From: Squalus acanthias
Lineage: Eukaryota
Direction: 5' to 3'
NCBI GenBank assembly: GCA_030390025.1
Contig: CM059432.1
Span: 106,890,001-106,954,000, forward strand
Length of the DNA stretch: 64,000 bases
The notes under the pieces are model-generated. The model did no database searches. It saw nothing but the letters and a program-made list of their open reading frames with translations, and was not told the DNA's origin. Positions 9,936-23,600 of this stretch are shown in pieces (the first letter of the stretch is position 1; the number at the start of each line of letters is the position of its first letter). The translations under genes were made by a program, and so were the position numbers.

Positions 9936-11252
9936 TAAGAACATAAGAATTAGGAGCAAGAGTAGGCCATACGGCCTGTTGAGCCAGCTGCGCCATTCAA
10001 TAAGACCATGGCGGATCTTCGACCTCAACTCCACTTTCCCGTCCGATCCCCACATCCCTTGATTCCCCGAGAGTCCAAAAATCTATATCTCAGCCTTGAA
10101 TATACACAACGATTCAGCATTCACAGCCCTTTGGGGTAGAAAATTAAAAAGATTCACAACCCTCTGAGTGAAATTCCTCCACATCTCGGTCTTAAATGAC
10201 CGACCCCTTATCCTGAGACTATGCCCCCTAGTTCTAGACTCTCCAGCCAGGGGAAACAACCTCTCAGCATCTACCCTGTCAATCCCCCTCAGAATCTTAT
10301 ATGTTTCAATTAGATCACCTCTCATTCTTCTAAACTCCAGAAAGTATGGGCCCAATCTGCTCAATCTCTCCTCATAGGACAACCCTCTCATTCCAGGTAT
10401 CAATCTAGTGAACCTTTGTTGCACCACCTCTACGGCAAGCATATTCTTCCTGAGATAAGGAGACCAAAACTGTGCACAGTACTGCAGGTGCGATCTCACC
10501 AAAGCCCTGTACAATTGTAACAAGACTTCCTTACTCTTGTACTCCAACCCCGTTGCAATAAAGGCCAGCATGCCATTTACCTTCCTAATTGCTTGCTGTA
10601 CCTGCATGCTTCATCTCTGTTTCCTGTATGAGGACACCTAAATCTCTCTGAACACCAACATTTAATAGTTTCTCACCATTTAAAAAAATTCTGTTTTTCT
10701 ATTCTTCCTACCAAAGTGAATAACCTCATTTCCCCACATTGTACTCCAGCTGCCACCTTATTGCCCACTCACTTAACCTGTCTATATCCCTTTGCAGGGT
10801 CTTTGTGTTCTCCTCACAGCTTACTTCCCCACCTATCTTTGTATTGTCAGCAAACTTGGATACATTACACTCGGTCCCTTCATCTAAGTCATTAATATAA
10901 ATTGTAAATAGATGAGGCCCAAGTACTGATCCTTGCGGCACCCCACTAGTTACACCCTGCCAACCTGAAAATGACCTGTTTATCTCTACTCTTTTTTTTC
11001 TGTCCGTTAACCAAACCTCTATCCATGCTAATATATTACCCCCAACCCATGATCCCTTATCTTGCGTAACAACCTTTTATGTGGCATCTTAATGAATGCC
11101 TTTTGGAAATCCAAATATACTACATCCACTGGTTCCCCTTTATCTACCCTGCTAGTTACATCCTTAAAATACTCTAATAAGTTTGTTAAACACGATTTCC
11201 ATTTCATAAAACCATGTTGACTGCCTAATCATGTTATGATTTTCTAAGTGCC
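9936..11252 (-). mobile_element. CR1-family LINE, 3' part of RT and tail
   Basis: ORFs PQGSVLGPHLFTIYINDLDEG...KFADNTK and LYRALVRSHLQYCAQFWSP...RGDLIETYKI. Tail repeat at 9936. Confidence 0.9.
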
Positions 11253-11349
11253 TTGGCTATCTGTCATGCTATCCAGAATGTTATTAAGAATTGTCGCGTG
11301 ACATTCCATTCAGTATGATAAAAATTAAAATGTCTCCCAAAGCGATGTG

Positions 11350-12490
11350 TTCAGGCACCATCCTGCTGACTGCTGAAGCATGGCTATAGATGGGTCAGGA
11401 TTAGCAATTTACTATTTCTAGGTATAAAACCTTCAGGAAAGCTTCTAAAAGAAGAAAGGCAGTCGAAAGTTGAGGATGCAGTTTGTAGACAAATTAGAGA
11501 AGCATGTATTAACAGTGGAGTTATACTTGTAGGAGATTTTAATTGTCTGAAAATCTACCTGGAATAGGGCATAGGTTTGGAGTGAAAAAGCTAAGTTTCT
11601 TTGCAGTGTGTTCAAGACGGTTTCTTAGTCAATATATTGCGACTCAATAAGGGGGGACGCACCAATTGACCTGGTTTGGGTAATTACGCAGAGCAAGTAG
11701 ACAACTTAAAATTAGAGGAACATTTGGGAAACAATGTTACCGGACTAGTAATCCAGAAGCCTGGACTAATAATCCAGAGAATGTGAACTAAAATCCCACC
11801 GTGATTTCAATTTAGATTTTTTTTTAAATTTGGAAATAAAAAGCTGGTATCAGTAAAAGTTACCATGATGCTGTAGGATTGTTGTAAAAATCCAACTGGT
11901 TCACTAATGTCCCTTAGGGAAGAAATCCTGCTATCCTTACAGGTCTGGTTTATATGTGATTCCAGTCCCACACCAACATAACTGCCCTCTGAAGTGGTCT
12001 AGCAAGCCACTCAATTGTATCAAATCGCTACCAGTGTTCAAGAAGGCCCACCACCACCACCTTTTCTTGGCAACTATGGATGAGCAATAAGTGCACGACC
12101 ACATCCCAAGAATGAATGAATAATTAAAGAAAACAACAACAGACACAGCACAATATAATTAGATTCAAAATAAGAATAGAAAATGAAAAAGAAGTTGAGG
12201 ACTTGACTATAAAAGCGAAACACACAAATCATTGTGACATAAGAGACAGAAAGCAGAGAGTAGTAGTGAATGGTTGTTTTTCAAACTGGAGGGAAGTATA
12301 CAGTCATCTCTCCCAGGGGTCAATATTAGGACCACTGCTCTTTTTAATATATATTAATGACCTGACTTGGGTATACAGGGCATAATTTCAAAGTTTGCAG
12401 ATGATACGAAACTCTGAAATGCAGTAAACAATTAGGAGGATAGTATCAGATTCAGGAGGACAAATACAGACTGGAGAAATGGGCAGACAC
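11350..12490 (+). mobile_element. Degraded CR1 fragments interrupted by a minus-strand SINE (~11738-12130)
   Basis: GDFN-like endonuclease remnant and RKQRVVVNGCFSNW...QGSILGPLLFLIYINDL. Confidence 0.65.
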
Positions 12491-12800
12491 TTTTTTTTTT
12501 ATTCATTCCTGGGATGTGGGCTTCACTGGCAAGGCCAGCATTTATTGCCCATCCCTAATTCCCTTAAGAAGGTGGTGGTGAACCGCCTTCTTGAACCGCT
12601 ACAGTCCTTGTGGTGAAGGTACTCCCACAGTGCTGTTAGGGAGGGAGTTCCAGGATTTTGACCCAGTGACAATGAAGGAACGGCGATATATTTCCAAGTT
12701 AGAATGGTGTGTAACTCGGAGGGGAACTTGGAGGTGATGGTGTTCCCATGCGCCTCCTGCACGTGTCCTTCTAGGTGGTAGAGGTTGCAAGTTTGGGGGA
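12491..12800 (-). mobile_element. 3' end of a second LINE family (poly-A tail)
   Basis: T-run at 12491, then an RT C-terminal remnant (YRRSFIVTGSKSWNSLPNS). The same terminus recurs at ~47985 and ~63170. Confidence 0.7.
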
Positions 12801-12802
12801 TA

Positions 12803-13882
12803 GACCGATGAACAAGGTCAGAAAATGCGGATTCAGGGGACAAGTAGCAGAATGGATAGCTAGCTGGCTTCAAGACAGGAAGCAGAGAGTAGGGGTAAAA
12901 GGTAGCTATTCACAGTGGCAGAAGGTGGGTAGTGGTGTTCCACAAGAATCAGTGCTGGGACCACTGCTGTTCATAATTTACATTAACGATTTAGACTTTG
13001 GAATCAAAAACACAATTTCTAAATTTGCGGATGATACCAAATTGGGGGGGATAGTCAATACTGAGGAGGACTGCAACAAATTACAGGAGGACATTAATTA
13101 ACTTGCAGAATGGGCATATAATTGGCAAATGAAGTTCAACACAGATAAATGTGAGGTATTACATTTTGGTAGGAAGAATAGGGAGGCCACTTATCACTTG
13201 GAGGGGGCAAGTCTAGGTGGGGTAGAGGAACAATGGGATCTCGGAGTACAAAAACACAATTCACTAAAAGTTGCGACAGGTTAGCAAAAAAAAAAGCAAA
13301 CCAAGCACTAGGGTTTATTTCTAGAGGTATAGAATTGAAAAGTAGCGAAGTTATGCTAAACCTGTATCTAACCTTGGTTAGACCACACTTCGAATACTGC
13401 GTACAGTTCTGGTCGCCATATTATAAAAAGGATATAGAGGCACTGGAGAGGGTGCAGAGAAGATTTACTAGGATGATACCAGAAATGCGAGGGTATTCCT
13501 ATCAGGAAAGGATGAACAGGCTGGGTCTCTTTTCTCTTGAAAAAAGAAGGCTGAAGCGTGACCTAATAGAGGTCTTTAAAATTATGAAAGGTTTTGATAG
13601 AGTGGATAGAGAGAGAATGTTTCCACTTGTGGGGAAGAGCATAACTAGAGGCCATCAATATAAGATAGTCACCAAGAAATCCATTAGGGAATTCAGAAGA
13701 AACTTCTTTACCCAAAGAGTGGTGAGAATGTGGAACTCGCTACCACAGGGAGTAGTTGAAGCGAATAGTATAGATGCATTTAAGGGGAGGCTAGACAAGA
13801 ATATTGAGGGAGAAGGGAATGGAGGGTTATGCTGATAGATTTAGATGAGAAAAGATGGGAGGAGGCTCGAGCGGCGCATAAA
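12803..13882 (+). mobile_element. CR1-family LINE RT fragment
   Basis: ORFs 12775-13101 and 13233-13835 (GVPQESVLGPLLF..YINDLD, KFADDTK, LVRPHFEYCVQFWSP). Confidence 0.9.
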
Positions 13883-14180
13883 CTGTGCCGTCACCTCTGG
13901 TGGGTCTGTCCTGCCGGTGGGACAGGACATACCCAGGGATGGTGATGGAGGAGTCTGGGACATTGGCTGAAAGGTATGATTCTGTGAGTATGACTATGTC
14001 AGGCTGTTGCTTGACTAGTCTGTGGGACAGCTCTCCCAATTTTGGCACAAGTCCCCAGGTGTTAGTGAGGAGGACTTTGCAAGATCGACTGGGCTGGGTG
14101 TGCCGTTGTCGTGTCCGAAGCTGGTGCCTAGGTCGATGCTGGTGGTCTGTCCGGTTTTATTATTATTGTTTCTCATAGTG
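13883..14180 (-). mobile_element. LINE endonuclease N-terminal fragment
   Basis: KLGELSHRLVKQQPDIVILTESYL...IPGYVLSHRQDRPTRG, AP-endonuclease-like motifs. Followed by a SINE-like head to ~14460. Confidence 0.7.
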
Positions 14181-14459
14181 GTTTGTTAAAACTGAGTGGC
14201 TTGCTAGGCTATTTGAGGGCAGTTAAGTCAACCACATTGCTGTGGGTCAGGATGACAGATTTCCTTTCCTGAGGACATTAGTGAACCAGATGGGTTTTTA
14301 CAACAATGGTCACCATTACTGATACTAGCTTTTTATTCCAGATTTATTTAATGAACTGAATTTAAATTCCCCAGCTGCCGTGGTGGGATTTGAACTCGCG
14401 TCTCTGGATTATTAGTCCAGGCCTCTGGATTACTAGTCCAGTAACATAACCACTATGTT

Positions 14460-16984
14460 ACCGTTCATGACAGGCAACAGCAAGGACACTGGCGGAGTGG
14501 CAACGGTGGGAGTACGAATGCTGTCATCCTGAGAGAGGACAGCTGGGTCGTCCTCCACGGATCCATTGCCACTCCTGCGTGGCAGTGCCTTAGCAATCCT
14601 TATCATCTGCTGGAGTGCAGACTGCTGTGATACCCTGCAAGCCCCTTTCAACACTGGTAAACCCAGCCATGATGGCAGCAGTCTTTGCTTGCATGGCAGC
14701 AAGCTGAGCTTGCATGACTTCAGTCTGAGCTTCCACTGCAGCACTCAGATGTTGGGTGGCTTCTGCTTGTGCTGCAATGGAAGCTGAGACTTCGGCCATC
14801 AGACACGGCATGATGGTTGGATCCACAAGTGCGTTAATGGATCTGCCCACCCCTTCCACGCTGGAAAGGATGGGCTCCAAGCTCTGCCCAAAGCCCTGTG
14901 CAAGGCAGGAGCTGGACTCCTCCATATTCCCTGACATTGCATTCAGGCTTTCTGGCAGGCTGCCAATGCACCAAGCTTTTCATTGTGCATACCCATCAGC
15001 GTTCTCTGTATGCCGCCCCATCAAAGTCTTCATAAAGTCCCACATAAGAGACTGTTAACTAAGGCAGAAGCCCACGGAATTGAAGACAAATTATTGACCT
15101 GGTTAGGAAATTGGCTGAGCGGCAGGAGACAGAGAGTAGGGCTAATGGGTAGGTACTCAAATTGGCAGGACGTGACTAGTGGTGTCCCGCAGGGATCTGT
15201 GTTGGGGCCTCAAGTCACAGTATTTATTAACGACTTAGATGATGGCATAGAAAGCCATATATTCAAATTTGCTGATGACACAATGATAGGCAGCAGTGCA
15301 GATGAAAGCATAAAATTACAAAGGGATATCGATAGATTAAGTGAATGGGCAAAACTGTGGCAAATGGATTTCAATGTAGGCAAATGTGACGTCATCCACT
15401 TTAGACCTACAAAGGATAGAACAGAGTACTTTCTAAATGGTGAAATGCTAAAAACAGTGGAGACTGGGGGGTCCAGGTATATAGATCATTAAAATGACAT
15501 GACTAGATACAGAAAATAATCAAAAAGGCTAATGGAATGCTGGCTTTTATATCTAGAGGACTAGGAGGTAGAAGTTATGCTGCAGCTATACAAAGCCCTG
15601 GTTAGATCACACCTGGAGTACTGTGAGCAGTTCTGGGCACCACACCTTAGGAAGGATATATTGGCCTTGGACGGAGTGCAGCGTAGGTTTATCAGAATGA
15701 TACCCGGACTCCGAGGGTTAAATTATGAGGAGAGATTACACAAATTAGGGTTTTATTCCCTAGAATTTAGAAGGTTAAAGGGTGATTTGATCGAAGTTTT
15801 TAAGATATTAAGGGAAACAGATAGGGTAGATAGGGAGAAACTATTTTTGCTAGTTGGGGAGTCTAGGACTAATAATTAGGGTGTCGGAAATGAGAAAGGC
15901 ACAAGGGTAGTGTTGTGGGTAGGGGCAGGGGGGAAAGCAAGAGGTGCATGCTTACACCATGTGCAGCTTATAAATCAGAAGAGATTGTGGGATGAGGGGG
16001 AAGTGGTATATGTGAAGGAGGATAACGTATGAGGATACCAGAATCTTGTATTCTTTCAACCCCGCCGCTGGCCATGGGCTCAGCCATGCCTCTGCCAAGA
16101 AGGGCCAGCACCATCTCCTCCAAGGGGGTGAGATCATGCAGGCTAGCCATACCCTGCCAGTTAAGGTCTGCTGGCGTCGGTTATGCTCAACATTTTCCTG
16201 CAAGAGAAAGGGAAGTTTGTCAGTGAGTGTGGTTCGATGTGTTTGGGTGATTTGGCTGTCAAGGTTGAATAGCTGACGGCGTGTTCAAGCTGTGAGATGT
16301 TGGTGTGAGGCTTTCAGCAATGGTAAGTGTGCGGGTGAGATAGAGATTCTTGGTAGGTGAGTGATAGGGCATGGTGCATTGAGCAGTGTGTGAAGCTAGT
16401 GGTGCAGATGGTGGGATATCGCATTTGAAGATGAATTCACTCACCTTGACAACTCATGTGAGATCATTAAACTTCTTCCTGCACTGAGTCCAGGTCCTTG
16501 GGGCTGCACTGTTGGCATTTACCACAGTGGTTATCTGCTGCCACTGCAGTCTGGTCTGTTGCCTGGAGGGTTTCCTGGCCTCCTATGGAAAGAGGACCTG
16601 TCTCCTGGAGTTGACCTCCTGGACCAAGGCCTCCAGTGCTGCATCGGAGAACCTAGGTGCACTCTTTCTCCTCTGTTGTGCCATCGTTAGCACTTTCTTC
16701 ACTGTCTTCCCAGCCACTTCAATCACCTGTTGCAGGCAGAATGCACCTCCCCTTTAAGAGGTGCAGACTGCCTTTAAGTAGTGCATGCTAGCTTTAATTG
16801 GAGCTAGCCTCGCACGAAGTTGGGCCCCCTGCTGAGTGTTCAGCGCTTGGCTGAAAGCTACAGTCATGTAAATTTGCAGGCAGCACAAATTTTACGTGTT
16901 GCCTACTGTCCTCCGAACAGGCGTAGGTTGCTATCGCATCGCAATCCCCACGCAGGTTTTCGGGGGATACTGAATTTCTAGGCC
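14460..16984 (-). mobile_element. Degraded PIF/Harbinger element (Myb/SANT gene remnants) with nested CR1
   Basis: Minus-strand remnants of Myb exon 1 (~16440-16684, RAPRFSDAALEALV...WTQCRKKFNDL), exon 2 (~16040-16200) and a coiled-coil exon (~14470-15000). Terminus ...GAATTTCTAGGCC|TTA at 16984. Confidence 0.7.
15022..15870 (+). mobile_element. CR1 RT fragment nested in the Harbinger remnant
   Basis: KVPHKRLL...GVPQGSVLGP...FADDT and LYKALVRSHLEYC. Confidence 0.85.
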
Positions 16985-16989
16985 TTAGT

Positions 16990-17880
16990 GTTTACAGGCC
17001 AGATAATAAAATAAATGACAGCAAAAATATAAAATATGTAGAGAAGCCACAAAATAACCAATTAGAAAAGCTAAGAGGGAATAGGGGAGAATTTTTTTTT
17101 TTTTAACTCAAAAGGAAATAAAAAGACCTTCTGTCGGCACACTAGCAGTAAGAACATATTCAAGGTGGGGGCGCTTAGAGATGAGTGATACAAGCAGTTG
17201 GAGAATTAACTAGATACTAAATAAGTCCTTTGCCTTAGTTTTGAAAGAGAAGGTACATATTGGGATTGTAGAACCACCAGATATGGGTGTCAAACAGTTA
17301 GTGGACGTTATTATTCAAAGAGAGATGGGACTAAAGAAGTCACTCAGATTTGAAGTAGATAAATCACCAGGGTCTTGACAGTTTACATCCAAGGATACTG
17401 AGGGAAGCAAGGTAAGAAAAAAGTGGAGATTATGAGTAGAAGTCTCAAAATCTGTGGATAGAAAAATTATAACATGATTGGAGGGTGTCAAATGTGACTC
17501 CTTTCTTCAAAAAAGAATTGGATAATACATGAAATTATATGCAATTTAGTCGTACTTCAGCTGTCTATAATATAGCGCAAAATTATTAAGCCCTGGAGAA
17601 ACCTGAGCTAATCACCATAGAGTTGTGAAAGGCAAGTCATGCCTGATCAACCTTGTAGAATGCTTTGAAGAAATAACAGACAATGGATAAAGGAAATGCA
17701 GTGGATTTAGTTTATAGGAATTTTCAAAAGGCATTTGATAGGAAAATAATGGCACGTGGAATTAAAGGGGAATGTTGTCACATGGGTAGAGAGATGGCCA
17801 GAGGGCAGAAAGCAAATGGTAGGGTTAAGAGAAGTTTTTCAGACTGGAAAAATGTAGTGGTGTTTCACATGGGTATTGTA
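16990..17880 (+). mobile_element. Highly degraded CR1 fragment
   Basis: DKSPG, KSCLINLVECFEE and DKGNAVDLVY..FQKAFD remnants. Confidence 0.6.
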
Positions 17881-18349
17881 GCAGGGTGATTGAGGGCTAG
17901 TATGTCAGCCGCAGGCTGATGAGGGCCCTGATCCCAGAGGAACGATTTGGCCCCTTTAAGAACCCCCCCCTTTAAAGATTATTGCACCTGGAGTGGGAGC
18001 ACCAGGCATGGGAGGAGACTTTCCCCAGCCAGCTAAGCATAAAAGAGGAGTTTCAGGAGAAGTAGGCATTGAAAGAGGCTGGAAGTTGAAGAGCTGATAG
18101 ACGTTCTGTGTGGTCTTGCTTTGTGTTATGTGCATTAAAAGAAGGTGTTTGGAACTTGGATTGTTCAAGGACTACTGTTTGTAAGGAAAGGAGGCTCCGA
18201 GGTGGTCGTACCCTGTAACACTATGTACATATATGCTCTGTATTTAGGAAATGAGGCAAATGTAATTAAATTTTTTGATGACACCATATTAGCTGATATG
18301 GGAAATTGTGACAAGGGCCATCAAGATCAGTACTTAACTTTCTCAGCTC

Positions 18350-19410
18350 CAGTGCAACAGCACTAACTAAAGTCATGAACAACATCCTCTGTGACTATGG
18401 TGCTTGGACCTTCCTTGTCCTCCTCAACCTTTCTGCAGCATTCAACACAGCTGTCCATGCCATCATCCTCTAGCATTTCTTCATTATCCAGCTTTGTGGG
18501 ACTACCTGTATATGGTTCCAATCCTAACTATGTGAATTTAGCCAGCCATTTCCAGCAACGACATCGCTTCTCTCCCCTGCATCGTCACCTCCAGAGTCCC
18601 CCAAGGATCTATCCTTAGCCCCTTCCTCTTCCTCATCTACATGCTAGCACTTGGTGATATCTGCAGGTATAGCATTTAGATTCCACGTGTATGCCAATGA
18701 CATCCGGCTTTACCTCTCCACTACCTCCCTCAACCCCTCATCTGCTTCTGTACTGTCAGACTGCTTGTCTTCCATCCAGACTTGGTTGGGCCACAACTTC
18801 CTACAGCTCAACATCATCAATACTGAAGGTATCATTTTCAGCACAATCTGCTCCCTTGCCACCGACTCCATCTCTCTCTCTGGCCACTGTTTCAGGCATA
18901 ACCACACTGTTCACGACTTTAGCATCCAATTGAACCCCATATCTTCTCCATCACAAAATATTGTCTGCCTCAGCCCCTCCACAGCTGAACCCCACATACA
19001 TGTCTTTGCCATTTGCAGACTTTACCACTCCAACGCTCTCATTACTGGGTGCCCTTCCTTCATCCTCCATAAATTCCAGGTTGTCCAAAATTCTGCTGCA
19101 TACATCGTATTCCACACTAAGTCCCATTCATCTATCACCCCAGTCTTCTCTCCCATTCCCTAATGCATCAAATTTAAAATCCTCGTCCTTTTCCTTAAAC
19201 CTGGGCAGACCGAGACCCCCCCCTCCCTCCCAACACAGTTCCACTGACCATGGCCTTTTGTGCATCGCTCGTGCCCTCTCCCTACTATTGATAACAGAGC
19301 CTTCAGTTGTCTGGATTCCTCCCTAAACCTTTCCACCTCCCTCTGTTACTTTCAAAACTTGCTCAAAATTCACCTCTTTTACCTAGCTTTTTGGCATTCT
19401 TCCTTCTGCC
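18350..19410 (+). mobile_element. Degraded L2 LINE fragment
   Basis: FHVYANDIRLYLS (YADD-like), NFLQLN, QNSAA remnants. CT-rich. Confidence 0.7.
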
Positions 19411-19574
19411 CATCAGGTGGTAGCACTCTCACCTCTGAGTCAGAACATTATGGGTTCAAGTTCCACTCCAGAGACTTGAGCACATAATTTAGGCTGACAC
19501 TGTTTGTAGTTCAAGTCTATTTATGTTCTAAGTCCAATGATTGGAATCAAACTCTAAGCTCCCTCTAAGGTGTC

Positions 19575-20340
19575 GCTTCTGAGCCAGAAGGTTGTGGGTT
19601 CAGGTCCCACTCCAGAACTCTAGGGTGACACTTCAGTGCAGTTCTGAGGGAGTGCTGCACTGTCAGAGGTGCCATCTTTCCGATGAGACGTTAAACTGAG
19701 GCCCCGTTTGCCCTCTCCGGTGAATGTAAAAGATTCCATGGCAGAAGAGCAGTGGGGTTTCTCCCCTTGTCCACTATCTATCCCTCAACCAACATTACTA
19801 AAACATATTACAGGAAACTTTCGTTTATCCGGCACCCAAATATCCGGAATTCTCGCTTAACCGGCAAAAATCATCCTCCGAAAACTCCTCTCAAATAACT
19901 GGCAATGTTGCCGAGTCGCAGTTGAGTCTCCGCGAACGGCGAGTGCTCCGAAAACTCCTCTCAAATAACCAGCAATGTTGCCGATCCCGAGTCCGCGAAC
20001 GCCGATTTAGTCAGTAGGGGTACTTTTCAAAAGTGCCACTACTCGGCCTCCTGGCGCTGTCGGAAGTGCGAAACACTGCAGTAGCAGGAGTTGATTCTCC
20101 CGCGCTGCCTGGAGTCTCTTTGTTAAAAATAGCCTCGGTAGATATAACTCTCCGTTATCCGGTACTTTCGATAAACCGGCACCACGCCGGTCCCGTCGAT
20201 GCCGGATAAACGAAAGTTTCCTGTATCTGGTTATTATATCATTGCTGTTTGTGGGATCTTGCTGTGTACAAATTGGCTGCCATGTTTAAGCACTTTGTGA
20301 TGTCCTGAGGTCGTGAATGGTGCTGTGTAAATGCAAGATA
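19575..20340 (+). mobile_element. tRNA/Deu-type SINE interrupted by a Tc1/pogo MITE
   Basis: SINE head with B-box. The SINE body resumes after 20225 and ends in a GTAAATGCAAG tail. A second short head lies at 19413-19500. Confidence 0.7.
19811..20223. mobile_element. Tc1/mariner-pogo (Tigger-like) MITE
   Basis: Perfect 24-bp TIR CAGGAAACTTTCGTTTATCCGGCA. TA TSD at both ends. Confidence 0.9.
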
Positions 20341-20605
20341 TTTTATCTTATCTGTGAAACATCTTGGAATTTTCTTTGCATTGTTGTAAATAACAAAATC
20401 TGATTTGTCTGAGTGCTAATAATTAGTCCAGGTGTCCTTGGCACTGACCGTGTTGCAGGGTGAACCTGATTTTTAATTGTATAATTTATTGTATTCTATT
20501 TCATTGCAATCCAAACTGTTGCAAAGGTAATCTTGTAGATTCTTAAACTTTTACCATTGAGAATGCTTGAAATATTAACTAAGATTTTTTTCATTTTAAT
20601 TGCAG

Positions 20606-20812
20606 ATTGAGGCTTGCAATAAAGAGGCTGAGAAGATTGACTCTCTGATACAATCTGGTAGTCCAGCTTTAATGGCCCATGTTCCTCTGTCAGCACTCAC
20701 CACCTCACAGGTGCAAGTTTCATTTAGGGATTCATCTGACTCTGCAATGACAATCCTCTCCTCAGCTGCACTTTTACTAAACCTAGTTGTTGCTTTGTCA
20801 GGGTTTTTATGA
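20606..20812 (+). CDS. RECK: RECK terminal coding exon with GPI-anchor signal
   Basis: ttgcag|ATT GAG GCT TGC... Encodes IEACNKEAEKIDSLIQSGSPALMAHVPLSALTTSQVQVSFRDSSDSAMTILSSAALLLNLVVALSGFL*. Small residues followed by a hydrophobic C-terminus. Confidence 0.96.
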   Translation: MEACNKEAEKIDSLIQSGSPALMAHVPLSALTTSQVQVSFRDSSDSAMTILSSAALLLNLVVALSGFL

Positions 20813-21959
20813 TTCAGATAGATGTTGCTTGTTTTTATCAGAACAAGACTGTATTTAACTTGCTGTTGAACTACAGGTGGAATGCATGCTTAATGGCTGA
20901 ACTACAAACCCCTGCACAGTATCTGTAGAGGGAGAAGAGAAACTAGCGATCTATAAAAATTTTAAATACAAGTAAAAATCCAAAATACATCTTTATACAA
21001 GCCTTTTTATGAAGGGATTTGTTTATTTTATTTAAAATGAATGCAGTTTAAGTTAATCAGTTAGTTCTAGTGCATTTATTTCTTAGAAATGTTTGAAAGA
21101 ATTTGGATCTTGATGTGCAGCAGTTTATTAGTCTAGTGTGCAGCAGGCAACTTGACCTAAAAGGTGGAAATGATTGAATTCAGTACCTTCTCTTAAGATT
21201 TTGGCATTTGTAATTACAACCAACATTGCAACAGTTCAGATTTATTTTAGTGGGTTCTGTAAAGCACAGTTAAAGCTCAGCAGAAATAGTTGATCATTTT
21301 TGTAGAAGTCCAGTATTAATTAGAATCTACAGCACAGAAACAGACCATTCGGCCCATCTGGTCTTTGTTAGTAATAAAAACAGAAAATGCTGGAAATACT
21401 CAGCAGGTCAGGCAGCATCTGTGGAGAGAGAAACAGAGTTGAAGTTTCAGGTTGATGACCCTTCGTCAGAACTCTTTGTAAACACACGAGCCTCCTCCCA
21501 CTCTAATTACCTCTTCCCATCCTGCCTCTGCATCCCTCTATTCCCTGCATCAAGCCTTCCCTTAAATGTGTCAATGCTGTCTGCTTCAACCACTCATGTG
21601 GCAGCGAGTTCCATATTCTCAACACTCTCTGTTAAATAACAATTAAACCTGAAAATGAAACCAAATTTAGTTTTAAACATTTAATTTTGTTCCACTCTCT
21701 AAGTAAAAATCCAGTTTTTCCAAGATATATTTCAACCATTACTATAAACCTTTTCAGAATTAGCACTATTAGTACTCCTGCAAATAGCCTTATTACCAGT
21801 TCAATTAATGTACTGGGGTGGCCATATGCACTACAGTAGTCTTTTCCAGTGCTGTACATTCCTGTATCGGTCCTATTTAGAATCTCTCTAAGCTCATTAT
21901 TTGCTTCTTTACATGTTTACATCAATCTCTTACTTTCTTTTCTTCATTTTGATTTGTTT

Positions 21960-23600
21960 CTAAAATCATAGAAATTTCTGCACAAAATGTACAGCTCCTG
22001 TCTGCTTTAATCCCACTTCCTGCTCTTTTCCCGTATCTTTTAATAGTTTTCTTTTTCAAGTGTTTAATTCCCATCTAAGCATTATGATTGACTCAGTTCC
22101 AGTAGCTGCTTCCATATTCTAATAACCCTTTTCTTGGAAAAATTTATTTTAACCTCCTCCTTTATACTTCTAATACTGACCTAAATTTATGCACCTTGTC
22201 ATCAATTCATCATCTTTCACCATTTGTTCCTTCAAATTCTTTCATAATTTTGTTCACATCTGTTAGATTCCCCTAAACCTTCTCTGCTCCAGTGAATACG
22301 TCCATAGTATTCAACTTTCTCATCATATCTCTGGGACATCCTGCTCTCTACAATCTGAGAAAAATTAATTTGTTCCTGTTATTTGCTTTCTGTTCTTTAG
22401 CTATCCCTCCATCTATGCCACCCACTTTATCTCTCGTACCATTCGCTTTAATTTTTGCAACAAGTTTGTTTAGCACTTTACCAAAGCTTTTTATGAAATT
22501 CCAAATATACCACATCCAGTGCATTACTTTTGCCTAGAGGCTTGATAATTTTTTGGAAGAATTTGATTATATGTTTGAAGCCTGATCTACCCTTTACAAA
22601 TCCATTCTGACTATGCTTGATTAGCCCATACATTTCTCATGTTATCCCTATTTACGATCTCCAGCAATTTTCTTGCTACTGATGTGAGGCTTTAATGAGC
22701 TATAACTACATTCATCAACCCCGAATCCTTGGGCACAATTACAGTCCTCAGAGAACTTTGGGAAATTACAATTAGTGCCTCTGCTATTTCAGCACTAATC
22801 GCCCTCTGTGTTCTGGAAGTGTATACTATCTGGGTCAGGTTAATTGTCCATTTTAACTCTGATTTATCTGTTTAATACAGTTTCCTTTCTAATTTTTATA
22901 CATTGAGGGTTCTTCCACCCCCCTTCTCAGGTATTCCTTTCATTGCCCTCATCCGCACATACAGAGACCAAATACTTTTTAGTTATCTATAATGATGCTC
23001 TTTGGCCCTTAGAAGCTCCACTGCTTCTTTGACAATGCTCTTCTTTCTGATGTGCTTATAAAAGTTATTGCTGGTACTCCTTCTGTTGAATACTAGTCTT
23101 TTTTCACACGCTGTTGGCCATTCTAATATCCCTTTTTACTGTCCCCTCTGCTTTTTGCTATTTCTCCTGGTTAACCTTCTGTATGACTGAGTTTATTTTT
23201 ATTGTAAAATCATCGCATTTTGGACGCAGAGCAGATTTTGAAGTAAATAAATACAATTTTTGATTCTAGCAGGCGACCTAATCCGCAAGCCATCAATAAA
23301 CTCCTTCATCCTGCATTAAGCTGCTATCCTCCGACTTTACTTTTGGCGTAATCTTATTCATTCAAGCAGTTGGGACCTTTGTTGTACCACCTCTGCTCCT
23401 GCCGTGGTGTTTTTAGACGACACTCCTGCTATTTCACACTTAACTATTTCCTGTTGTTGCTCCATTGTTTTAATCTGTCAATTTTACCATCCAATTAAGG
23501 GTCTTAAATTGTGCTCTTTTCTGCTACAGCACCTTTATTTCTCTTGCTCTCTTTTAATCTACTATCTATTGTGAAAGTACCCAACTCTTTGAATACTTAA
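21960..23600 (-). mobile_element. Highly degraded CR1 LINE
   Basis: Reverse-complement remnants of the CR1 tail and DFxKAF region. Confidence 0.5.

Noticed and set aside
19413..19620. tRNA genes
   Set aside because: Only SINE heads with B-box-like motifs. No full cloverleaf, and each is followed by SINE body.
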